The notes beneath the pieces were generated by a model. It searched no databases and was not told the origin of the DNA. It saw only the letters and a program-made list of their open reading frames with translations. Both the position numbers and the translations under genes were made by a program. Shown one piece after another: positions 28,216 to 36,607 of a DNA stretch of 64,000 nucleotides. Origin of the DNA: an uncultured Chloroflexia bacterium. Its GTDB lineage: Bacteria; Chloroflexota; Limnocylindria; Limnocylindrales; CSP1-4. Position 1 is the stretch's first letter, and every line of letters begins with the position of its first letter. The DNA is taken from the NCBI GenBank assembly GCA_963746845.1, contig CAVVCZ010000005.1:352001-416000 (forward strand). The letters are read 5' to 3'.

Positions 28216-28319
28216 CCGGCAGGATCCGCGGCTCCCGGACGACGGGGCCGGGGATCTCCTCGAGGACCCTGGCGCCGGTTCCCGGGCGCCGATCCCCGGT
28301 CCTCGGTCACCAAAAGTCC

Positions 28320-28348
28320 TTGACGGACGTTGCGCCCGGTGCTAGGTT
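28320..28348 (+). promoter_or_regulatory. Sigma70-type promoter of the sugar ABC operon
   Basis: TTGACG (28320-28325), 17-bp spacer, extended -10 TGcTAGGTT (28340-28348). Confidence 0.75.
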
Positions 28349-28354
28349 GCAGCG

Positions 28355-28383
28355 GTTCCGTTAGCGATAACGGGAACGATCAC
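28355..28383. promoter_or_regulatory. LacI-type operator just downstream of the promoter
   Basis: GTTAGCGATAAC near-palindrome with central CG, within GTTAGC-GATAAC-GGGAAC-GATCAC array. Confidence 0.7.
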
Positions 28384-28473
28384 AGCGACATCGCGTTCGA
28401 CAGGAGCGAGGGCTCCGCCTCGGGCGATCCCCGTCCATCGATGGGTCGCGAGGCGGCGTTGGAGGAGGTGCCA

Positions 28474-28494
28474 ATGGTGTCCGGTAGCGCATGA
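28474..28494 (+). other. Candidate 6-codon leader uORF (MVSGSA)
   Basis: Strong SD GGAGGAGGTG at 28461-28470, ATG 28474, TGA 28492-28494. Confidence 0.45.
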
Positions 28495-28613
28495 GCCACC
28501 GAGTCGATGTCCTCCGAACCTGGTCGCACCGACTCGGTGTCGGCAGCGGACCAGCTCACCCGGGCGAAGCCCGAGCGTCCGTCCCCCAGGCACAGCACAT
28601 GGAGACGAGGAAC

Positions 28614-29690
28614 ATGACGAAGACAGGGATCATCCCGCGGATCGGAACGACGCTGGCGATCACCGCACTGTTGGCTGCCTGTTCGACGGCCAGCTCACCG
28701 TCCGCCTCGAGCGGCGGGGCTCCGAGCGCCGCGGCCCCCAGCGCGGCCGCTCCGAGCGCCGCGGCCCCCAGCGCCGCGGCGGCCGCGAAGACCTACAAGG
28801 ACATGTCGGTCGGGTTCATCCAGACCGGATCCGAGAGTGGCTGGCGTGCGGCCAACACGTCCTCGTTCAAGGAAACCGCCACACAGCTCGGCATCAAGCT
28901 CAACTTCTACGACGCACAGAACAAGCTGGAGAACCAGGTCTCGAGCTTCCACCAGTTCAACCAGGACCCGTCGATCAACGTGATCATCCTCGCGGCGCTC
29001 GACGTCACGGGCTATGACGACGTCCTCAAGGAGGCCCAGACCGCGGGCAAGGTCGTCGTCCTCGAGGACCGGCGCATCGACGCGGATCCGAGCATGTACT
29101 TCACCTACATCGGGTCCGACTTCGACCTCGAGGGCCAGAAGGCCGCGAAGGCGATGTGCGGCCTGCTGACGGCGAGCACCAAGAAGAACGTCGTCGAGAT
29201 CTCCGGCGCCGTCGGCGCCTCGGCGGCGATCGACCGGGCCAAGGGCTTCCGCGAGAAGATGGGCGAGTGCGGGATCGTCATCCCCGACGGGATGACCCAG
29301 ACCGGCAACTGGGGCGTTCCCGAGTCCAAGGCTGTCATGGAGGCCTTCCTCAAGAAGAGCAAGGACATCCAGGGCGTCTTCGCCCACAACGACGAGGAGG
29401 CGATCGGCGCCATCCAGGCGATCAAGGAAGCCGGCCTCGTCCCGGGCAAGGACATCCAGGTCATCGGCGTCGACGCGACGGCCGACGGCTTCAAGTACCT
29501 CATCTCGGGTGAGCTCGGTGCCGACATCGAGTGCAACCCGCTGCTGGCCCCGCAGGTCTACAAGGCGGCCCTCGCGGCCCTCAACGGCGACACCGGGATG
29601 CCGAAGTGGGTGCCGTCCGAGGAAGGCCAGTTCTTCGCCGCCCAGGGTGCGACAGAGCTGCAGACCATCCTGGCCACTCGCAAGTACTAG
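28614..29690 (+). CDS. Sugar ABC transporter substrate-binding lipoprotein (YtfQ-like, probably arabinose/galactofuranose)
   Basis: Lipobox LLAAC; GFIQTGSESGWRAANT, FAHNDE, IECNPLLAP; GAGG RBS before ATG 28614. Confidence 0.9.
   Translation: MTKTGIIPRIGTTLAITALLAACSTASSPSASSGGAPSAAAPSAAAPSAAAPSAAAAAKTYKDMSVGFIQTGSESGWRAANTSSFKETATQLGIKLNFYDAQNKLENQVSSFHQFNQDPSINVIILAALDVTGYDDVLKEAQTAGKVVVLEDRRIDADPSMYFTYIGSDFDLEGQKAAKAMCGLLTASTKKNVVEISGAVGASAAIDRAKGFREKMGECGIVIPDGMTQTGNWGVPESKAVMEAFLKKSKDIQGVFAHNDEEAIGAIQAIKEAGLVPGKDIQVIGVDATADGFKYLISGELGADIECNPLLAPQVYKAALAALNGDTGMPKWVPSEEGQFFAAQGATELQTILATRKY
28721..28785 (+). repeat. 15-bp tandem repeat encoding the (PSAAA)x4 linker
   Basis: ccgagcgccgcggcc-like units repeated in the lipoprotein linker. 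Confidence 0.75.
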
Positions 29691-29699
29691 GCGCACACC

Positions 29700-29736
29700 C
29701 GAGGGCGAGGAGCGGCGACGCCGCTCCTCGCCCTCG
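29700..29736 (+). terminator. Intra-operon hairpin after the SBP gene (stabiliser or attenuator)
   Basis: CGAGGGCGAGGAGCGGC-GAC-GCCGCTCCTCGCCCTCG, 17-bp perfect stem, no U tract. Confidence 0.7.
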
Positions 29737-29852
29737 ACCCATTCCACGACCAGTACCCTTCGTCACGCCCTCCCCGATCCACGACGAGTGATCGCGGCGA
29801 GCGTTGCTGCCCGATCGATCCGGTCCAGGCACCCGCGATCCTGAGGTCCGTG

Positions 29853-31374
29853 ATGTCAGACGCTGACGCCGACATCGTCGTCATGAGCGGCATCGACAAG
29901 TCCTTCCCCGGCGTCCAGGCGCTGCGCGGGGTCGACTTCTCCGTCAAGCGCGGCGAGATCCATGCCCTGCTCGGCGAGAACGGCGCCGGCAAGTCCACGC
30001 TGGTCAAGATCCTCACCGGCGTCGAGCCGCCCGACAGCGGGACGGTCACCTTCGACGGCGCCGAGGTGGCGATCCGCTCGCCGCTCGAGGCCCAGGCGAT
30101 CGGGATCAGCACCGTCTACCAGGAAGTCAACCTCTGCCCGAACCTGACCGTGGCGGAGAACATGCTGATCGGGCGCGAGCCGCGACGCTGGGGCCGCGTC
30201 GACTGGGGCGCGATGAACCGCCGGGCGCGGGAGGTCCTGAAGGGCCTCGACATCGACATCGACGTCACCCGTCCGCTCGGCTCGTACTCGGTCGCGATCC
30301 AGCAGATGACGGCGATCGGCCGGGCGCTCGTGATCTCCTCGGCGAAGGTGCTCGTCCTCGACGAGCCAACGTCGAGCCTCACCGTCCACGAGACCGAGCA
30401 GCTCTTCCGGGTGATGCGCCGGCTCCGCGACGAGGGCATGGCGATCGTCTTCATCACCCACTTCCTCGACCAGGTCTACGAGGTGACCGACCGCCTCACG
30501 GTCCTCCGCAACGGGGCCCTGGTCGGCACGTACCAGACCGCGACGTTGCCCCGGATCGAGCTCATCCGCCTCATGCTCGGGCGCAGCCTGACCGCGCTCG
30601 ACGAGATCGGGCGGCATCGGATGGAGACCGGCAAGCAGATCGGCGAGGACGTCCTGCTCGCGGCGGACGGGCTGGGCCTGGCCGGCTCGATCGAGCCGTT
30701 CGACCTCGTGCTGCACGCGGGCGAGGTCGTCGGGCTGGCCGGCCTGCTCGGCTCGGGACGGACCGAGGTCGCCAACCTGCTGTTCGGCATCGATCGGCCC
30801 GACCGAGGGAACGATGTCGATGGACGGCGAGGTCGTCCGGGACTTCTCGCCCCTCGGCTCGATCGAGCGCAAGGTCGCCCTCTGTCCCGAGGACCGCAAG
30901 GCCGAGGGGATCGTCGGCGAGCTCACGGTCCGGGAGAACATCGTGCTCGCGGTCCAGGCGAGCCGCGGCTGGTTCCGCCGCCTCGACTCGGCCCAGCAGA
31001 ACGCGATCGCCGACCGCTACATCAAGCTGCTGAACATCGCGACGCCGACCGCCGAGCAGCCGATGAAGAACCTGAGCGGCGGCAACCAGCAGAAGGTGAT
31101 CCTGGCCCGCTGGCTCGCGACCGAGCCGCGCCTGCTCATCCTCGACGAGCCGACGCGCGGCATCGACGTCGGGACGAAGGCCGACATCCAGCAGCTCGTC
31201 CTGTCCCTCGCCGGCGACGGCATGTCCTGCATCTTCATCTCGTCCGAGCTCGACGAGGTGCTGCGGACCAGCCACCGGATCGTCGTGCTGCGGGACCGGG
31301 CCAAGGGCGCCGAGTTCGTCGGCGAGGTCGACGAGAAGGCGATCATGGAAGCGATCGCCGGGGGTGCGGCGTGA
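29853..31374 (+). pseudogene. Sugar ABC transporter ATP-binding protein (YtfR/MglA-like) split by a +1 frameshift near 30806-30811
   Basis: First NBD GENGAGKST...LDEPT in one frame; CPEDRKAEG...LSGGNQQK...LDEPTRGIDVG in the +1 frame; removing one base from GACCGAGGGAACGATG restores D-R-G-T-M-S-M-D-G. Confidence 0.85.
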
Positions 31375-32465
31375 CCGGCATCCGCCGCCGGATCAGCTGG
31401 AGCCGGTTCACCGAGAGCCAGGTCTTCCTGCCGCTGGTGACCCTCCTGCTGATCCTGCTGTTCGACTTCATCTTCATCCCGGGCTTCTTCGACCTCGAGG
31501 TGAAGGACGGGCACCTGTACGGCAGCCTCGTCGACATCCTCCGCAACAGCGCGCCGACGGTCATCCTCGCGATCGGCATGACGCTCGTCATCGCCACCGG
31601 CGGCGTCGACCTGTCGGTCGGCGCGGTCATGGCGATCACCGCATCGGTGGCCTGCATCCTGATCGACCCGCGGATCGTCGGCGTCAGCCTCTCCGGCGAC
31701 ATCACCGCGGTGGTCGGCGATCCCACGTTCAGCTTCGCACCGATCCCGCTCGTGATCATCGTGCCGCTGATCGTCGGCCTGCTGTGCGGCGCCTGGAACG
31801 GCGTTCTCGTTGCGTACCTGCGGATCCAGCCGATGGTCGCGACGCTGATCCTGATGATCGCCGGCCGGGGCATCGCCCAGCTGATCACGAACGCGATCAA
31901 GATCATCATCTTCAACGACGCGTTCGCCTACATCGGCAACGGCTTCGTCGTGCTGCCGGTCTCGCTGTTCATCGTCGGCGGGGTGTTCGTCGCGGCCTGG
32001 CTCCTGACCCGCCGGACCGCGATCGGCCTGTTCATCGAGTCGGTCGGGATCAACTTCCGGTCCAGCTTCTACAGCGGCATCAACGAGAAGCGGGTCAAGC
32101 TGTTCGCCTACGCGTTCTGCGGCCTGTGCGCGGGGATCGCCGGTCTCGTCGCCGTCTCGAGCATCCGGACATCCGACGCGAACCAGATCGGCCTGTACAC
32201 CGAGCTCGACGCCATCCTGGCGGTCGTCATCGGTGGGACGGTCCTGGGTGCCGGCGGCCGGTTCTCGCTCCTCGGGAGCGTCCTCGGCGGCCTGATCATC
32301 CAGGCCACGACGACGTCGATGTACCACGTCGGCGTCGCGGCGAGCGCGATCATCGCGGTCAAGGCCGTCGTCGTGATCCTCGTGATCGTGCTGTACTCGC
32401 GACAGACCCAGGACGCCGTCCGCAGGCTCGTCAGCCGGACGAAGCGGGACGAGGTGACGGCGTGA
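31371..32465 (+). CDS. Sugar ABC transporter permease (YtfT-like)
   Basis: GTGA overlap with the ATPase stop; AIGMTLVIATGGVDLSVGA, IQPMVATL, ELDAILAVVIGGT. Confidence 0.92.
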   Translation: MTGIRRRISWSRFTESQVFLPLVTLLLILLFDFIFIPGFFDLEVKDGHLYGSLVDILRNSAPTVILAIGMTLVIATGGVDLSVGAVMAITASVACILIDPRIVGVSLSGDITAVVGDPTFSFAPIPLVIIVPLIVGLLCGAWNGVLVAYLRIQPMVATLILMIAGRGIAQLITNAIKIIIFNDAFAYIGNGFVVLPVSLFIVGGVFVAAWLLTRRTAIGLFIESVGINFRSSFYSGINEKRVKLFAYAFCGLCAGIAGLVAVSSIRTSDANQIGLYTELDAILAVVIGGTVLGAGGRFSLLGSVLGGLIIQATTTSMYHVGVAASAIIAVKAVVVILVIVLYSRQTQDAVRRLVSRTKRDEVTA

Positions 32466-34078
32466 CCCAGGCTCTCGCCGCGCGGGTCGCCAGCAAGCAG
32501 CGGTTCCTGCCCCTCGCCGCGACGGCCCTCCTCTTCCTGATCGCCTACGGGATGGGGGCGCTCGCGTTCCCCGCGATGCGCGACGGGCAGGCGTTCTTCA
32601 ACCTGCTCGTCACGACGCCGTTCCTGCTGATCGCCGTCGTCGGCCAGACGTTCGTGATCATCTCGGGCGGGATCGACCTGTCCGTGAGCGGCGTCATCGC
32701 CCTGACGACGGTCGCCTCCGCGGCGCTGATCCAGTCCGGCTGGAACCCGTGGATCGTCATGCCGCTGATGCTGCTGATGGGCGTGACCATCGGCGGGGTC
32801 ATGGGGTTCTTCATCGCCTACCTCAAGGTCCAGCCGTTCATCGCGACCCTCGCCGGGATGTGGTTCGCCCGGGGCCTGTCCTACGTGATCAGCGACAGCG
32901 AGATCCGGATCCACGATCCCCTGTACCGGCTGTTCGTCGGCACCCGCATCCTCATCCCGGGCCTCGCCGATCCGGTCACGAAGAAGGGCGACTACATCAC
33001 GATTCTCGTGGTCGTGGCGCTGATCGTGCTCGTCGCCGGGATGTTCATCGCGCAGTACACGCGCTTCGGCCGGACGGTCTACGCGATCGGCGGCAACAAC
33101 GGGGCGAACGAGCAGTCGTCACGGCTCATGGGCCTGTCCGTGGACCGGACGAAGGTCAAGGTCTACATGCTCAACGGCTTCTGCTCGGCCCTCGCCGGGA
33201 TCGCCTACAGCATCTACGTCGGGTCCGGGCACGGCGGGCATGCCCTGGGGTTCGAGCTCACCGTGATCGCCGCCGTCGTCATCGGCGGGACGGCCCTGAC
33301 CGGCGGCGAGGGCTACGTCATCGGGGCGCTGTTCGGGGTCCTGATCACCGCGCTGATCCAGAGCATCATCCAGTTCAACGGACAGCTCAGCTCGTGGTGG
33401 ACCAGCATCGTCATCGGGGGTCTGATGCTGGTCTTCATCGGCGTCCAGGCGGTCCTCACGACGATCAACTCGAGACAGCTGGCTCGGGCACGCCTCGGCG
33501 GAACCGCCGTGCGGTCCGGCTCGCGCCGACGACCGTGGTGGCGCGACCGGCGGGTCGCGTTCGGGGCCGGCGCGGTCATCGTCGCCGTCCTCGTGTACCA
33601 GGCCGTCGGGTTCGCGGGGGGCGGCCAGGCGGGAACGGCCGCCAATCCGTCGGCGGCGGCAGGGTGCGCGCTGAAGCCGCTCCGCCAGGACCAGGCCGCG
33701 GGCCTGATCAAGGACGGCGCGATGATCGTCTACGAACGGAACGGCGGTGGCGCCTGCGTGGACGAGCTCTATGCGATCTATGCCGACGGTCGGATCACCG
33801 CCGACAACGGCACGCAGAAGCTCGAGAAGCAGATCAAGCCAGATGACGTCACGGCGCTCGTCGGCGCCATCGACAAGCTCGGCTGGTTCACCGACAACAT
33901 GTACTCCACGTCGCACCATCCATGCGGGCAGTGCTTCACCTACTTCACCAACGTGACCCTCAACGGGACGGCCAAGAACGTCCAGGCCGTCGACGGCGGT
34001 GCGGACGCACCGCCGAACTACTGGCTGGTGTCCGGCAAGCTGTCCGAGATCCTGCCCCGGTTCGACGGGGCGAAGTGA
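32462..34078 (+). CDS. Sugar ABC permease (YjfF-like) fused to an extra TM helix and a ~140-aa extracellular Cys-containing domain
   Basis: GQTFVIISGGIDLSV, QPFIATLAGM, ELTVIAAVVIGGT; then RRRPWWRDRR + TM + YERNGGGAC...IYADG...HHPCGQCFTY. Confidence 0.88.
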   Translation: MTQALAARVASKQRFLPLAATALLFLIAYGMGALAFPAMRDGQAFFNLLVTTPFLLIAVVGQTFVIISGGIDLSVSGVIALTTVASAALIQSGWNPWIVMPLMLLMGVTIGGVMGFFIAYLKVQPFIATLAGMWFARGLSYVISDSEIRIHDPLYRLFVGTRILIPGLADPVTKKGDYITILVVVALIVLVAGMFIAQYTRFGRTVYAIGGNNGANEQSSRLMGLSVDRTKVKVYMLNGFCSALAGIAYSIYVGSGHGGHALGFELTVIAAVVIGGTALTGGEGYVIGALFGVLITALIQSIIQFNGQLSSWWTSIVIGGLMLVFIGVQAVLTTINSRQLARARLGGTAVRSGSRRRPWWRDRRVAFGAGAVIVAVLVYQAVGFAGGGQAGTAANPSAAAGCALKPLRQDQAAGLIKDGAMIVYERNGGGACVDELYAIYADGRITADNGTQKLEKQIKPDDVTALVGAIDKLGWFTDNMYSTSHHPCGQCFTYFTNVTLNGTAKNVQAVDGGADAPPNYWLVSGKLSEILPRFDGAK

Positions 34079-34097
34079 TGCGCGGATCGATGCTCCG

Positions 34098-35012
34098 ATG
34101 AGCGCTCGTGGTCTGGCCCTGGCGGCGATCATCTGCGCGCTGACGCTCGGGGCGTGCGACTACATCGTCACGCCCGCCGACGAGAGCGGCCCGACGCCGG
34201 TGACGGCCGGGGTCTGGACCGGGATCGCGACCGGCATCTCGCAGACGCCGGGCGGCGATCTGCACGTCGATCTGGCGATCCGGAACGACACCGGCGACTG
34301 GAGCGCCATGCAGCTCGCCGACGGCGGCTCCGTCGCCCTCACTGGTGGCGACGGGAAGACGTCGGCCTGCGCGACCGCGGTGGTCGGGACCGGCGGCCAT
34401 CGCCTCGCGCCGGGGTTCCAGGTGCGCGGCTACACGGGCGGCACGGAGGCAGCGCCCGAGCCGGAGACGCTCTCGGTCGAGTGCGCCGGCGCCACGCCGG
34501 CGGCGGGCCAGAAGCTGTCGATCGACTACTCGTACGTCACCGGCGACTTCAACTACTACACGCCGTCGAAGCCGATCAAGGCCAGGCTCGTGGTCGATCT
34601 CGACAAGCCGGCGGCGGATCTCGCCTTCCCGGTCGGCAAGCCGATCGACGGGGTCGTCCAGAAGGCCTCCGACCCGATCGAGGCGATCAACAAGTGCGTG
34701 CTGACGCTCACGTCGACGAAGCGGACGGCGGACGGGCTCGAGCTCGGCTGGCACACGGAGAACCCGACCGACTACCCGACCTACGTCCACATCGGAACGC
34801 CGCCGGTCGTCGGCTCGGACGGCGTCATCTACGGCTTCTACGAGAGCCCCCACCTGGCCGACACGCCGATCACACCGGCCACGGGGAGCGCCGACTGGAC
34901 GACCGAGGTCGCGGTCCCGAAGGACGTGACCGGGCTGTACATCCTCGTCAGCGTCGAATCGAAGCAGCAGAAGACGTTCGTCAGCCACGCGATCGACATC
35001 ACCGGCCAGTAG
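34098..35012 (+). CDS. Hypothetical lipoprotein (two beta-sandwich-like domains)
   Basis: Signal MSARGLALAAIICALTLGAC (lipobox); GC3 codon bias; last gene of the ABC operon. Confidence 0.8.
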   Translation: MSARGLALAAIICALTLGACDYIVTPADESGPTPVTAGVWTGIATGISQTPGGDLHVDLAIRNDTGDWSAMQLADGGSVALTGGDGKTSACATAVVGTGGHRLAPGFQVRGYTGGTEAAPEPETLSVECAGATPAAGQKLSIDYSYVTGDFNYYTPSKPIKARLVVDLDKPAADLAFPVGKPIDGVVQKASDPIEAINKCVLTLTSTKRTADGLELGWHTENPTDYPTYVHIGTPPVVGSDGVIYGFYESPHLADTPITPATGSADWTTEVAVPKDVTGLYILVSVESKQQKTFVSHAIDITGQ

Positions 35013-35075
35013 CCCTCGCCCGGGGCGGCCGGTCTCCGAAGGCGTTCGGAACGCGGTTGGTATCATCGCGTCCGT

Positions 35076-35152
35076 CCGCCCGTAGCTCAGTGGATCAGAG
35101 CGACTGACTTCGGATCAGTAGGTCGGGGGTTCGAATCCCTCCGGGCGGGCCA
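35076..35152 (+). tRNA. tRNA-Arg (anticodon TCG)
   Basis: Acceptor CCGCCCG/CGGGCGG+G+CCA; D arm GCTC/GAGC; anticodon arm ACTGA-CTTCGGA-TCAGT; T arm GGGGG-TTCGAAT-CCCTC; -10 TATCAT at 35061-35066. Confidence 0.96.
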
Positions 35153-35249
35153 CTGCCTCAGGCGCGTGCGCTCGACCGTCCGAGCGTGAGAGGCGGGACC
35201 GAGGGGGAAGGTGCCGGCCGTGAGGCGGGCACGGAGGGGTGACTAGCCG

Positions 35250-35856
35250 GTGATCCTGCGCGTCGTCAAGGGCCGGATTCCCGTCGGACAGCTCGAGGCG
35301 GTGCGCCGCGACCTCGAGCGCCACTATGTCCCGGCAGCCGACGCGTGCGCGGGTCTCGAGCGCTACGTCGTCGCGATCCGGCCGTCCGCGGACGGCCACG
35401 ACATCGCGCTCGTGACCGTGTGGACCGACGTCGAATTCGGCGCTCACCGCCTACGCGGGGGATCTCGCCAGATCCGGCACGCTCGACGGGAAGGGCCACG
35501 GCGAGATCCTCGACCACGTCGACTACTACGAGGTCGATGTCGGCGAGGCTCGGCGGCGACCCGGGACGCCCCGGTTCCTGCGCCTGTCGGCCGGGTCGGT
35601 CGGGCGGGGCCTCGACGCGGACATCCAGCGCGATCTGCGCGAGCGGCTCGCCGAGCTCGGGCCGGAGGCGGTCGACGCCTACGTCGGTCGCCGGGTGAAA
35701 GGTGCCCAGGTCGAGATCGCGTTCGTGTCGGCGTGGTCCGGGCCGCCGGCCGGCGCCTCGCTCGAGGTGCCGATCTGGCCACACCTGTCGGGGTACTTCG
35801 ACACGTTCGGGATCCATGTCCACGACGTGATCCTGCACGGAACGCCACGTCCCTGA
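35250..35856 (+). pseudogene. Tandem dimeric alpha/beta-barrel (ABM-like) hypothetical protein with a +1 frameshift near 35433-35437
   Basis: MILRVVKGRI...IALVTVWTDVE then the +1 frame continues SALTAYAGDL...DYYEVD...FLRLSAG...EIAFVSAW...TPRP* (stop 35854-35856); the two halves resemble each other. Confidence 0.7.
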
Positions 35857-35968
35857 AAGCCGAACGCCGGCCGGACATGACCGGCTGTCGCGAGCCCGCG
35901 GGTACCTTCGGCGAACGGGCGTCGAACTGACGCTGTTCAGCCGGCGAGCGCCCGCGGAGGAATCCCCG

Positions 35969-36568
35969 ATGCCGACCACCGCCCGCCGTTCCTCGAACGG
36001 CAAACACGCCCGCGTCTCGCCCGAGCCGCGGCTCGGCCAGCGAGCGGCCGAGCTGCAGGCCTTCGGCGCACTTCGCCAGCTGCCGATCGCCCTGTCCGCC
36101 GAGGCGCGCGGCGAGAGCTGCCAGCTCCTCAACGCGATCCTCGCGGACACGTCCGTCCTGTCTGCGCTCTACAAGAAGTCGCACTGGAACGTGGCCGGCC
36201 CGACCTTCTACCAGCTGCATCTCCTGTTCGACAAGCACGCGGAGGAGCAGCTGGAGCTCGTCGACATGCTTGCGGAGCGGGTCCAGATGCTCGGCGGGAT
36301 CTCCGTCGGCGATCCACGGCACGCGGCGGAGCTGACCACGATCCCGCGGCCCCCCGACGGCGCCGAGGAGGTGCCGGTGGTCCTGGATCGCCTGCTCGAC
36401 GCCCATGAGGTGATCATCGAGAAGGTCCGGGCGGCGATCGACGCCACCGAGGAGTCGGAGGACTGGGGCACGAACGACCTCCTGATGGGCGACGTCCTGC
36501 GCCGTCACGAGATGGAGGTCTGGTTCCTCTCGGAGCACGTCGTCGACATCCCGCTCGTCGAGGCCTGA
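35969..36568 (+). CDS. dps: DNA starvation/stationary phase protection protein Dps
   Basis: KKSHWNVAGPTFYQLHLLFDKHAEEQ...DMLAERV ferroxidase signature; C-terminal WFL. Confidence 0.93.
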   Translation: MPTTARRSSNGKHARVSPEPRLGQRAAELQAFGALRQLPIALSAEARGESCQLLNAILADTSVLSALYKKSHWNVAGPTFYQLHLLFDKHAEEQLELVDMLAERVQMLGGISVGDPRHAAELTTIPRPPDGAEEVPVVLDRLLDAHEVIIEKVRAAIDATEESEDWGTNDLLMGDVLRRHEMEVWFLSEHVVDIPLVEA

Positions 36569-36607
36569 CCCGCGGGCCGAGCCGCGCCGCCTGCTACGCT
36601 CGGCGGC

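Noticed and set aside
28497-28540. CACCGAGTCG / GCACCGACTCGGTG resembles the SpCas9 tracrRNA 3' hairpin
   Set aside because: Short match only; no cas genes, anti-repeat or CRISPR array in the window.
29850-32465. 871-aa ATPase-permease fusion in the ORF track
   Set aside because: Product of the +1 frameshift; the middle section is off-frame Arg-rich sequence, and the permease has its own GTG at 31371.
23072-35152. Ara locus as a tRNA-integrated genomic island
   Set aside because: No integrase, and I saw no duplicated tRNA 3' end in the window; the locus lies on the 5' side of the tRNA.
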